DNA of 59,393 bases, counting the filler, from Sphacelaria rigidula (taxonomy: Eukaryota), in NCBI GenBank assembly GCA_964200075.2. It is 9 parts of 9 records of this genome, joined end to end, with 100 filler letters (N's around TTAATTAATTAA, not from the genome) between each part and the next. Parts side by side here need not be neighbours in the genome. Positions count along the whole stretch, not along the records: positions 1 to 6,511 come from CAXNAA020019632.1; positions 6,612 to 13,122 come from CAXNAA020019633.1; 7 more parts are not named here. One strand, written 5' to 3'. Shown here piece by piece: positions 1 through 10,245 of the stretch. The position numbers and the translations under genes were made by a program. The notes under the pieces were generated by a model. The model was not told the DNA's origin. It saw nothing but the letters and a program-made list of their open reading frames with translations, and made no database searches. Position 1 is the stretch's first letter. Each line of letters opens with the position of its first letter.

Positions 1-359
1 GGGTGGGGGGCCACGTGACGCGAAACTAGGGGTGGGAGAAGGGCGGATGAGATGTTGAGAGATGATCAAAATCATATGTTGCACGGCTAATGATGACTGA
101 ATACTGCTCTGTCTTCACCCCCCTTAATGCACATTGCTACCGCTATACCCAACGAAAAGTATTACTGTAACTTAAGCAGCATGAACCCTGATATCAGATG
201 CTCCTCCTGCATCAACTGCCCTTACAGGATAGGGTCAGGCACCAGTGGTATTGTATTGAGATCTATCCACCCACCGTGTGCGGAACAACCTGATTTTACT
301 ACTGGCGTGCTGCACTGTACCGTACAGCACCGTACTGTACTATGACGACGTGTCTTTCG

Positions 360-1702
360 GTACAGTACTTTTCAGCTGACATGAGGGATTTTGTAATTTT
401 TTCGTAGTCAGCTATTTTCGACAATGTTTTCGCGCGCCACCTCTGATCCCAGCGAGAGTTTGATCCCAATTTTGGGGATCGGGAGATACTAGGCATCCGC
501 TCTACATTCCGAAACAAGATGTTATCTGCACTCAATACTGAACGACGTCCGGGTTGGCCAGTTTTCGAGGGTCCTGCGACTTACTAGCCCCAGGTTCTGA
601 CCGCTGGGTGTTTTTGCTCGATTGGAGCAACCCCAAACGTTATCACGAACAAATGAACAAAATTATATTTTATTTCCTGCCTAGTCGTTGCGCAAGAGCC
701 GAAAAGCTGTGCTTTTGGGACCCATGACGGTCGAAAACACCCCCTGAAAAACTAGGTACTTTCTCCGTATCACCCCGACAACACCAGTTGAGGATTGTGT
801 TTTAAGCATGACCTGCTTCTTTCCCCGATATCCCGTCGACGCTGGGACTTTCGAGCGCTAGGGCCGCCTCGAACGGGAGCCGTTCAAAATTCTTGTTCAG
901 AACTGCCTTTTTTGCCCTTCTCCGTCGTTTTTCGCCTGAAAATAGGGCTAGGCGGATATTGACACCGTACCTGGGCAATTTGCATTTCCCGCTGGCTGCA
1001 TCATAATTTGTGACTAAACCCGGACTTCCAATAAAAAACGGTCAAGCAATAAAAAAACAGGGGGAAATTTTGATAGGCTGACCTTTTTGTACTGAAAGTC
1101 CGTGTTTGACCTGGAACGGCCAGCGGGAAAAGTAAAGTTGCCCTGGAACGGTCTCAATGAGTAGAGCAAGTCATCCCAAGGCGTCAACATCCACCTGGCC
1201 CTCTTTTCGGGCGTAAATAGACAGAGAAAGGCCTAAACGGCAGTGCTCAACAGGAATTTTGAACGGCTCCCATTAGAGTTGACCTAAGGAAGAACACTGT
1301 ACGGGAAAATTCAGAAAAGCATCCCAAAACAAAAATTGCTCAACCGAGCTCTGCATAGCACAGGGGGGGTGAAACAATCCCTATCGACCTCGTGAATAAT
1401 TTTACAGACCCCTACTTGTCATCTTCACCTATTCATGACGCAAAAGCCGAAAATACTATTGTTTTCGACCATAAACGGTCAGTAACACCCCCTGTCAACT
1501 TGGCCCGTGAGGCGTTCAACATTGAGCGTAGAGACGACTTCTAATTCGGAGCTAAGGAGCGGATGCCTAGTGTCTCCCGACTCACAAACGTGGGCATCAG
1601 CCCGTCGCCGGGATGAGCTGTGGCACGCGACAAAACCATTGAAGATCGCCGACGACGAGATGATCACAAAAATATTCCATTTCAGTCGAAAACTACTCTA
1701 CA
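360..1702. repeat. Large imperfect foldback (nested inverted repeats), probably a non-autonomous DNA transposon
   Basis: Outer arms ~360-555 and ~1500-1702 (TCGGGAGATACTAGGCATCCGCTC vs GAGCGGATGCCTAGTGTCTCCCGA); inner arms ~868-1050 and ~1065-1278 (GGGAGCCGTTCAAAATTC vs GAATTTTGAACGGCTCCC); a further direct copy of the outer motif at ~1805-1900. Confidence 0.8.
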
Positions 1703-3075
1703 CTATACGCTACACTGCTTGTTGAGAGCCATTTCCTCACCTCGCCGGACGAGACGGAGCGGACGACTAGTTTTTCCTGGTCTCCATACTTTGAGCACAA
1801 TCGTTCATCGGGATGAGTGGGGACACGCGAAAAAACTGTTGAAAGTCGCCGACTACGACAAATTACAGAAATAAACTAATTCAGCCAAGAATCACTGCAG
1901 CGTCGACTCTGTAGCTTTTCCCAAAAAAAAGAAGCTTGATGTCTTCAAACCTTTGCCAGCAAGCGGTGGTCCATCTGTGAATTCGCGACATTTTCATCCC
2001 ATATTGGGTGCTGTTTTCTTTATATAACTTGACCATATACATACGCCCTAGTTCAGTCTTACGCCAAAAAAAAAAAAGTCAACTGCCAATATTCCCGCAT
2101 ACAAAAATCATACGCACCTCATGTATCTTTCGACGGTTTAACAGGGTTTAGTATTGTATTTTCAGTACAAATGACAGGTTATTATTTTGTGGATTTCTCC
2201 GCCGTGTCTGTTCCAACCAGCCTGAAACTTGGCACAGAGGTAGACCACAACACAGACAGCATATTCCCGGAGCGGCGGCACGTTTTATGTGGTGCGCTAG
2301 TAGCACGAAGCAAACTACGGATTTTGGGTAATGCCATCGATATGCCCTCAAAACGCAGTCCCTTCGGCCCACACGGCGTGAGACGTCAGTGGATGCATAT
2401 GTTGACACGCAGATACGCCCACTTCCTGCTGGGTGGCTCCTGCCCCGGCAAACGAATACATCAATCCGTATTGCGCATACTCTGGATGTTGTCAGTCTAC
2501 AGTACTCGGTACCTATCTTGGTATCGCCTGTAGAGGTGCTCACTTCAGGAGACACGGCCGTACAAGCGCTGTCAGTGCTTTTACGTGCTGTAACTTCGAC
2601 CACATGTCACGTAGACTACAGGAATCTGGGGTTGCGCGGTGTGTACGTGCGTGTTGGGGCGAAAATATGTCGGATTCTGTTCCGAATTTTCGTTTTTTTT
2701 TCCTTCTCTTGGCGGAAGACTAGGTCACGCTGCATATCAGATGCGGTTACGGTATGGGTACTGTCTGTAGACCGTACATTACATCAGTGTATCATGCTGC
2801 ATTTTATAGTGTTGATAGGGGGGTTTTCAAATGTTGAATCCACCAGCTGCGCCGCCAGACATGGATGCAAACGATCGTGCCGTTCTCGGTTTCTTCGAAA
2901 GCAATTGAAACTCTTCTTTTTCAGGCGGATCGCGCACCTACTTCGCGGATGATCCCAGCTGATAATTTGTAAGATGACTCTTGTATGCAAAAATCGGCAA
3001 ACATTTGACCTTTTTTCCGTTGGCGCTTGGCGCACCTCTGCTCGGTGATCAGCAAACATTCTCTGCAGTTACACT

Positions 3076-3203
3076 ACTGTTGCTTCTGTGCAGATACACC
3101 GTCGCTGCTTGACTGTACTTTCAGATACACTGTTGCTTCTGTGCAGATACACCGTCGCTGCTTGACTGTACTTTCAGATACACCGTCGCTACTCGACTGT
3201 ACT
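3076..3203 (+). repeat. 53-bp tandem repeat, about 2.4 copies
   Basis: ACTGTTGCTTCTGTGCAGATACACCGTCGCTGCTTGACTGTACTTTCAGATAC at 3076 and 3129, then a partial copy. Confidence 0.9.
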
Positions 3204-3430
3204 GTACCAGTAAAATGGGATACAACTGTATATGCTGTACTGTGGCTGGAACTGCATGGTAGTGTAGAATAATGTGTTGGAGTCTAAGGAGTGACATACC
3301 GGGTGACACATGTATCTCACCAGATTGACAGTTATGCACAGTCAGTACAGTACAGACAGTTATACAGATACAGAGTCTGCAAGTATCGAACGTCCTTATG
3401 TTGAAACAGATTTGAAAAGTATGGATGACT

Positions 3431-3738
3431 GTAATGCGTCGGAGGACCGCGTGCTTAGGGGATCGCGTCGGAGTTCGGAGTGAAGATTTGCGATGGGGTT
3501 AGGGTCAGGGGTGTGGTCCCTGTAGGGACTGGCCCGATTAACCCTTTGACCGCGAGATTAGGGTTAACCCTTACACCGCGAGGTTAGTCTTTTGTTGAAT
3601 CGGCATCAATTTCAAGTGAAATAAAGTATGCATGATCCAGAAAGACGAAGCTCGTGGTCCAAGGGTCAAGTTTGAAAAACGTTCATCCTGAACTATGGTG
3701 CCGGTCCGCTCTAAGCACGCGGTCCTCTCACTCATTAC
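3431..3738. mobile_element. ~300-bp MITE (TIR GTAATGNGTNNGAGGACCGCGTG), copy A
   Basis: 5' GTAATGCGTCGGAGGACCGCGTGCTTAG and 3' CTAAGCACGCGGTCCTCTCACTCATTAC are inverted repeats; homologous copy at 5732-6026; no ORF. Confidence 0.75.
3568..3665. mobile_element. 98-bp piggyBac-like MITE, copy 1 (nested in MITE copy A)
   Basis: TTAA|CCCTTACACCGCGAG...CTCGTGGTCCAAGGG|TCAA; core shared with four other copies in the window. Confidence 0.75.
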
Positions 3739-4859
3739 GATTACCCCATTTCGTACAATCAAGACGCGCTCGACGAATATGGATCATACGTCGGCCTAGC
3801 GATTATATCTATCAGTGTTTCATGCCTGCCAGTAGCCGCACTTGGCCACTCTACGTCACTATCATTCTGCGTAGCACGGGAGGGAAAATGCTCGTGGGCC
3901 TTGTCTTGATCACAACGAGTAGCAGCAAGCGGCAACTATTTTTTCTTTGAAAAATTGAGATTGTGCCGCATACCTTTTTTGCGTAGTCATGTTACACGCG
4001 CGACCCATAACACACACATACACACCATGTGCGCTCTCTCACATCCCCTTCGCCCCCCTCCTCTCATCCTCCCGAAGTGCGTATGCGTGAACCTTTGTCT
4101 CCCCCTGCTCGCCCATGCACTGCTATTATTCTATACTCCCAACCACAAAAGTCGCTCTGTGCGCAATGTGATCATGCGGCGTACATGATATTACCCCGAC
4201 GATCACGGTTTATTTTCGAGTGCCCAGCTGAACCGAAAAAGCCGATGTATTATCATCAGTTTCGAGTGCCTCTTGGCTCTTGGCCGGGAAAGATCCCAAC
4301 CCAACATACCGTGCAGCGTTTAGGGTTTTCAAATCGCAAAGTCATGAAGGGCATTGGTCACCTTTGGAAGTTCGATGAAGGGGCCAAGAGTCGAATGTGG
4401 TGCTTGTTCGTTTCCGTTTGTTGTATGATCTGCATGTATGTACGTCGCGTAAGTTTTTGGCACCGCCCGTCTACAGGACGCTAGGAGTCTCGCGCACTTT
4501 GCCATCATGTGCGAGCGCGCGATGCGATCAGGGCAATAGAAGTGTGTACATATACATGTAAAGATTCGCTCACGGCACAGGTGTTGCGTAAGCAAAAGAC
4601 GTGTGATGGTAGCGCTTCGGACAGGAGTTGCGCTGTGTTGCGGTTTCATAGCACCTAGACTGTAAATGAGAAAAAGGGCACCTCCTGCAATGTAGCATGC
4701 ATGTGCGGCTTGCCGCACCCATTAATGCAGCGCACATCTTTTCCCCGCACGCGAAAATTACGACAAGATCCAAATCGCCGAAGGCGAAGAACCTGGCACG
4801 GCTTCAGTAGATATATGATCAAAGAGATGTGCAGGCATGCTTCTGATCCATCCGTTCAA

Positions 4860-5336
4860 CTATTGACAAAGACATAGCTGCAGTTGCGTACTGCTACCTT
4901 CTGCCCAACAGGCAGTACAGCTACAGTTGCCGACTACTGGGTATCCTCTCACCTCCTTGCTCATGGCTTGGGGAACCTCTACTCCCAGAGTAGGAGCCAT
5001 GGTACAACCAACAGGGACACAGCTGTTCTTGGTTGAACGCAGCAACATTTGGGTTTCCTTCGGGCACAAGCTGTCAAGGAAGCCCAACTTCTCCGCACAC
5101 AGAGGTTGTCCTCGCAGCGTCCTTTGCTCTGCGATCGCCTTTTCCACGATCCTCGCCTCGGTGCCGGGCGAACCTTCCCGAGACGTGTGCTTGTTTACGG
5201 TGCTGCACATTGGGTCCGGTGTGCATAAGCCATCAGAATACGTAAGCTCCAAGCCTGCGGCTACCGTGAAAAGAGACGACAGCGCCACGACAAGTAGTGA
5301 TATCATCATCATCACAGTGACAGTGGGTGTCTCCAT
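4860..5336 (-). CDS. Putative small secreted cysteine-rich protein (158 aa), family unknown
   Basis: ATG-to-stop ORF; hydrophobic N-terminus MMMISLLVVALSSLFTVAAG with a plausible cleavage site; 11 Cys in the mature part, including CSCTAC and terminal CLC; no family recognised. Confidence 0.5.
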   Translation of the reverse strand: METPTVTVMMMISLLVVALSSLFTVAAGLELTYSDGLCTPDPMCSTVNKHTSREGSPGTEARIVEKAIAEQRTLRGQPLCAEKLGFLDSLCPKETQMLLRSTKNSCVPVGCTMAPTLGVEVPQAMSKEVRGYPVVGNCSCTACWAEGSSTQLQLCLCQ

Positions 5337-5731
5337 CCTGATGCCAATCTTATTCCTCCAAGGTAGTGGGCTTGTTGGTGCTCGTATATCGCCTTGCTGC
5401 TTGCAACAACAGCGTATGCGGTTGTCGAGTTTGTACCAACGATGTGTTGCATTTTTTTTCTTGTCCAGTTGAAGAAGGTGACGACTAGATTTCGATTTTC
5501 AATATATTTGTATTGGTCCGAATAAACTCGCCGCATTCATGCATCTCCTGACTAAAAACCCGCCGCTCTTTCGGCATTCCCAAATAATACATGATCGGAT
5601 ACACACGCCGCACATTAGGCTGCAAGTGGCGAACCTTTTGTTATCACGAAGCTGGTCTTTCTGACCTATCTGCTGTTGAAATTCATTCTGTGTGCATGTG
5701 TTATGTCACCTTTGCACCGTTGAGCGAAAGT

Positions 5732-6026
5732 GCAATGCGTGGGAGGGCCGCGTGCTTTTTGGACCGCATCGAAAATTGAAGACCCCCAGGATCGATGTTT
5801 TTCAAGACCGCTCGGGCCAGTAGCCCCTGCAGGACGGCGCCCGTGATCCTAGCCCTTACTCTAACCATGGGGGTGTTTAACCGTTGGACCGCGGGTAGTC
5901 CGTCTGGATCGCTTATACGTTTTTCAAGTGGAATTACTGTCGATTCAGCAGGTATGTCCTGACCTCGCGGTCCAAGGGTTAAACTCCGATGCGGTCCGGA
6001 CAAAACGCGGTCCTCCCACCCATTAC
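5732..6026. mobile_element. ~300-bp MITE, copy B (inverted relative to copy A)
   Basis: GCAATGCGTGGGAGGGCCGCGTG...ACGCGGTCCTCCCACCCATTAC TIRs; internal ACTGGCCCGA and TTGAAAAAC blocks shared with copy A on the opposite strand. Confidence 0.75.
5881..5978. mobile_element. 98-bp piggyBac-like MITE, copy 2, intact TTAA TSDs
   Basis: TTAA(5877-5880)|CCGTTGGACCGCG...CGCGGTCCAAGGG|TTAA(5979-5982). Confidence 0.85.
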
Positions 6027-6096
6027 TACAGAAAGCTTCAAGATACAATATCGGTTCGGAACACGGGATCTTACAAATTTGGGATATATATTTTAC

Positions 6097-6472
6097 TGGG
6101 GATGAGAAACCCGGAGAATTATAATCCTCGTATTGTATCCACACCAAATCTTCGAAATATGGTTCTATTTATTCACCTACTGATAGCTTTTGACAACTGC
6201 TACACGCCATAGAGATTGGGATTTCGACCACTGAAGTGTTGGGGTCCCAGGTCAAAACCCAGTTTCGGAACCATTTTTTTGGCGTCCGTTCGGACACCCG
6301 GCATTCCCAAAATTGGTTTTCAACCTAGGACCCCAACGTTTCGGTTATCGAAATCCAAATTTCTATGGCTTGTAGCAGTTGTCAATAGCTATCAGTAGGT
6401 GAATAAATGGAACCATGTTTCGAAGATTTCGTGTGGATACGAAGATTTTATTTTCTGGGTTTTTCTTCCCCA
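6097..6472. mobile_element. ~375-bp palindromic MITE-like element
   Basis: Arms pair along nearly the whole length (TATTTATTCACCTACTGATAGCTTTTGACAACTGCTAC vs GTAGCAGTTGTCAATAGCTATCAGTAGGTGAATAAAT); centre near 6290; relatives at 6472-6511, 6612-6672 and 26940-27168. Confidence 0.85.
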
Positions 6473-6511
6473 AACAGCCAATCATCTATGTTGAGGATGG
6501 TGCTTTTGATT

Positions 6512-6611
6512 NNNNNNNNNNNNNNNNNNNNNNNNNNNNNNNNNNNNNNNNNNNNTTAATTAATTAANNNNNNNNNNNNNNNNNNNNNNNNNNNNNNNNN
6601 NNNNNNNNNNN
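6512..6611. other. Artificial contig spacer
   Basis: 44 N + TTAATTAATTAA + 44 N; the 12-mer places stops in all six frames; identical at all eight joins. Confidence 0.98.
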
Positions 6612-6672
6612 ATCCTCCGGGTTCTCATCCTCAATCAAAAGCACCATCCTCAACATAGATGATTGGCTGTTT
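6612..6672. repeat. Terminal fragment of the same palindromic family at the contig start
   Basis: ATCCTCCGGGTTCTCATCCTCAATCAAAAGCACCATCCTCAACATAGATGATTGGCTGT; reverse complement of 6472-6511 and similar to ~27108-27166. Confidence 0.8.
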
Positions 6673-7666
6673 AAACGGTCGACCGTAGTGATGCAAGACA
6701 TGCATGTTTTTCTTGTTCAGACATTTTTCTGTTGCGCGTAACGTCCTCGTACACCCACAGCGACACACCACTGCTCACATGAACAACAGTGCTCTGCTGG
6801 TTCGCCGTACAGCAACGGCAGCATGCTTATATTTGCTGGATGTGACTTGTGCATGCGTCATAACCATGACACTCAACACGACCTCAGCAACGGCCTTTTG
6901 GTACTCAATTTCAGACGTTGTTTCTCCACCAAAAACAAGTATTCCCAACCTCCCAAATGAATCCGCCCGTCTAGCGTCCGCCGAGAGTTCCGACCACTGA
7001 ACAAATGTCGAGTACTCGAATGACATCTTCTACCCTCTCTAGCAGCGTTGTCTCCAAAGAGTTCCCTCGCCACGGACGAAGTGTCTCGAAGTTTCACCTC
7101 TCTCCCCCCCGACCGCAGGATCACTCACTCCTCCCATTCCCCTCACCCCCTCCTGCCTGCGGTCCTCATTTCAAACTGTCGCACTCTGCGGTTCGCTCCT
7201 TTTTCTTGAAACAAAAAAAAACATCCAGCGGATGTTTTCGCTCATCGGCAAGCTGCGGTGGTTGCGTTTTCTGTCGGCCGATCATAACCCCCTCCTCGTC
7301 CGATATGGGTCCGACGGCCAAAGAAGGGACGTCGATGCTGGGCCTGTGCCGCTTAATCATGTCGATGTACTGCTCGAGGTATGAATGGGTGCACACAGAC
7401 ATACGCGTGTGTAGTGCGTGTGCGCGAAACAAAAGCACAAGCAGGTGCAGCAAGCAGTGTCTACGTACAACATGACAGTTCGCTTAGTTCATGGCCGTGC
7501 TAACCTTGGAGTAGGTAGGTGAGTCTGCTTCATTGACAAGGCCATTAGGTCCGTATTGTCTCGAGGGTATATCACAGGCTACTTCAGGTTTTGTAACAGA
7601 CATCATAGTACGCCACCACCTGTCGGCAGATATTAGCAGTGTCACAACCACGGTGTTGTCGCTACA

Positions 7667-8031
7667 GTGTATGTGTTGTCGTCCCATCTATTCCGGACGC
7701 CGGTCTACACCTTTCGGTATACGTGGGCGCATCAGCCGGGGTCACACAGGAGGAAGGCCAACACAGGAGATCTTTTTCTCATGATTTGTTTTTAGTGCCC
7801 CACCTTCCTTCTCCGGTGCTTGCCTTTATTTTTTGTCGCGAGAGGGGTTCAGCGGTCCCTTTTCCTCGTCGACCGCTAAGTCGACTTTTGTGTACCCATG
7901 ACATGGTCGCTCTCCACTGTTGTTGGACATAATGGTGAGAGGAAAAATCCCAGATCGCTCCGAGAATTGAATCCACGACCCAACCGTCAGAAGGTCACGA
8001 GGTTACCAACTGAGCCACGGGGGCAACCGGC
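7667..8031 (-). mobile_element. tRNA-derived SINE, family A
   Basis: Minus strand begins GCCGGTTGCCCCCGTGGCTCAGTTGG (A box), then GGATTCAATTC (degenerate B box); body homologous to 20696-21055; CA-rich tail. Confidence 0.8.
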
Positions 8032-9003
8032 TTACTCCCTCAGTGCAAGTACAGTATTTCTGGCGCGTTTTGCCAATTCTGCATATGTGATCCCAAAAAA
8101 GTATCAGTTAGAGGCGCAACGCGGAATACTGCACGGTGATTGTAAGAAGGGATCTCCGGGTACAGTCCATCTTGGGGGGATACAGCGGGGAAACTCATCT
8201 GTCTCGTCCTGATAGAACGAAAAGTTCAAGCCCTCTTGACTACGACGTGTGTCGTAACTTTGAGTCCATCCATGTATCAATCTGCCAGTGCGGCCGTTGT
8301 AGCATGATCTCAATGAACGAAATTGGAAAAATGTCAAAACCTTCGCGGTGAGGCAGTTTGAAGTTTGATACCTGACTCGCGTGCAGAATTCATTTGAAGG
8401 TGAGCGCCCGCTGAGAGTGTCGTCGTTTTCAACCGGGTAGCTTGAACACATCACATGTTTCATGGTTACTCGTACTCTTGTGAGTAATGTTTAGGAGTGG
8501 GGTGCACACGTCGCGTGCTTTTGTGTTGGTACGCTCCGTGCTCTTGTTGCTGTAGGTTTTTGTGTTCATCATCGACTCACAGGGATTCGTGCCCTCCAAA
8601 GGCTATGGGTTTTGGCGCTCGTACGTGTGCTGAGATCCGCAGCCCCCGTCACTGGGAAGAAACTCAAGAGACAGGATCACCTTCGTTGCACCAGCCAAAA
8701 TACGCAAAAAAATGATGCAAACGCAATATCAACACTAGTATTACTGTAAAGCAGCAAAATCAAAGTATAATACTCTGCGCTTTTTCGTTGCGTATTGAAA
8801 CATGCCCTTCGCGTACGCTCAGCGATGACCGTGTCGATTGTAATAACCGGAACCAAACCACTGTGCCACGGACTCAGAAGCGCTTGTAACCCTTCACCTC
8901 TCGTGCGTAAAATTCGCGTTTCTTTTTCCTTCTCAGATATGATATTTGAATTCGTGTAAGAATAGCATCAAGTGACCCCTCTGGCGCCATTCTATGTGCC
9001 GAT

Positions 9004-9004
<1 letters not shown>

Positions 9005-9036
<32 letters not shown>

Positions 9037-9052
9037 TAGTCGTCGTCGTCGT
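9005..9052 (+). repeat. (GTT)n/(GTC)n microsatellite
   Basis: Direct reading. Confidence 0.95.
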
Positions 9053-9607
9053 TTTTGGCCGTTGTCTTCGTTTTATCGCGTGCCTTACGATGCACCACAC
9101 GTCTTCTGACGACACCAATTGGTTTGCTGAGGGTACAATCTCCACCATTCGATGGGAATATGTACTGGCCTTCTCTACCTGTGAGTTATTCAACATAATC
9201 ATATCGTAAAAAAACAGTGTATTTATGGTGTTGTTCTGTGTTCACCCCGTGTGTTCACGCGTCGCGCGCGTGTCACGTCACGCTTCTGTTTTCGGACATT
9301 CGCACCAAAAAGGTTCATTCAGGCATCGTATAGAAACCACGGAAAGAAAAATGTCACGCAACCATGACGTAAGTAGCGTTACTCTGTAGGGCTGTTTCTG
9401 ATATTGTAGCTCGGCTCCTCACATACTGCGCGTTTTTAGCTTTGACGCGAGAGGGGAACGGATGCACGCTTGTGTTTCAGCGTAAGGTCAAATCCTTTTC
9501 TCAAAACCCTTCTGGGCATGAATAGTTGGAACAGATCAGTAGGGTCCATTCGAAACGTCAGTTTATGCCAAGGAAAAAACATACCACGCTGACTCGACTG
9601 ATTTCAC

Positions 9608-9933
9608 ACGCAACCATTTGGCTACATCCCTAAATGCCTCCGGAGGGATGCGCGGCCCTCCAGAGGCGAAACAACCCTCCGGGGGCCTTCAATCCCTCTG
9701 GAAGAAACCAAAAACTACCGACCTGGAGGGCCGCGCACCCCTCCGGAGACACTTGGGGGTATGCGCGGCCCTCCAGAGGCAAAAACAAGCCTCCGGTGGC
9801 GTTTAATCCCTCTGGAAGATACGAAACAATCTCCTCTGGAGGGCCGCGCACCCCTGCGGAGGCGTTTGATTCCTCTGGAGGCTCGAAAAGGTTGCCCACC
9901 TGGAGGACTTTGGGGGTAGCCAAATGGCCGCGT
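9608..9933. mobile_element. MITE with TIRs and internal tandem hairpin units
   Basis: TIR ACGCAACCATTTGGCTAC / GTAGCCAAATGGCCGCGT; two ~112-bp internal units, each bounded by TGCGCGGCCCTCCAG...CTGGAGGGCCGCGCA. Confidence 0.8.
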
Positions 9934-10134
9934 ATGTTGCCAAAGACTCATGAACCGGGAGCACTCAGGTAAATGTATGCTTCTGTTTTCCACGACCACA
10001 ACAACAACTGTTTTATCCCTCACTTGGGTGTGTGTCATACTCCATGTGTGTGCGTCTACTTCGTTGTATGTCATCTTCTAGCGTGTTGCCTTCGATTGTT
10101 TCCCTTTCGGTTCACGTTTCGGGTGGCCATGCAG

Positions 10135-10245
10135 ATCCCGGACATGGAAAACGTATTCCGCGGAGAGTTTCGGGAAGAGCTCATGTGCATCATGCACTTC
10201 CAAATTCTCGTTCTGCTCTCCGCCGAGGCCCGTCTGCAGCGAGAG
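10135..10245 (+). CDS. Candidate internal exon of an unidentified gene or pseudogene (IPDMENVFRGEFREELMCIMHFQILVLLSAEARLQRE)
   Basis: Pyrimidine-rich tract + TGCAG acceptor, GAG|GTGGGT donor, 111 bp open frame in phase 0; upstream donor-like CAG|GTAAAT near 9968; no homology recognised. Confidence 0.35.

Noticed and set aside
2148..2952. Overlapping 120-187 aa ORFs
   Set aside because: No recognisable motifs, ORFs on both strands, composition typical of translated non-coding DNA
3494..3570. Telomere or interstitial telomeric array
   Set aside because: Only a few degenerate TTAGGG-like units, all inside a MITE
6472..6672. Apparent hairpin spanning the first N gap
   Set aside because: The two sides are different contigs joined by an artificial spacer; both simply end in the same high-copy repeat
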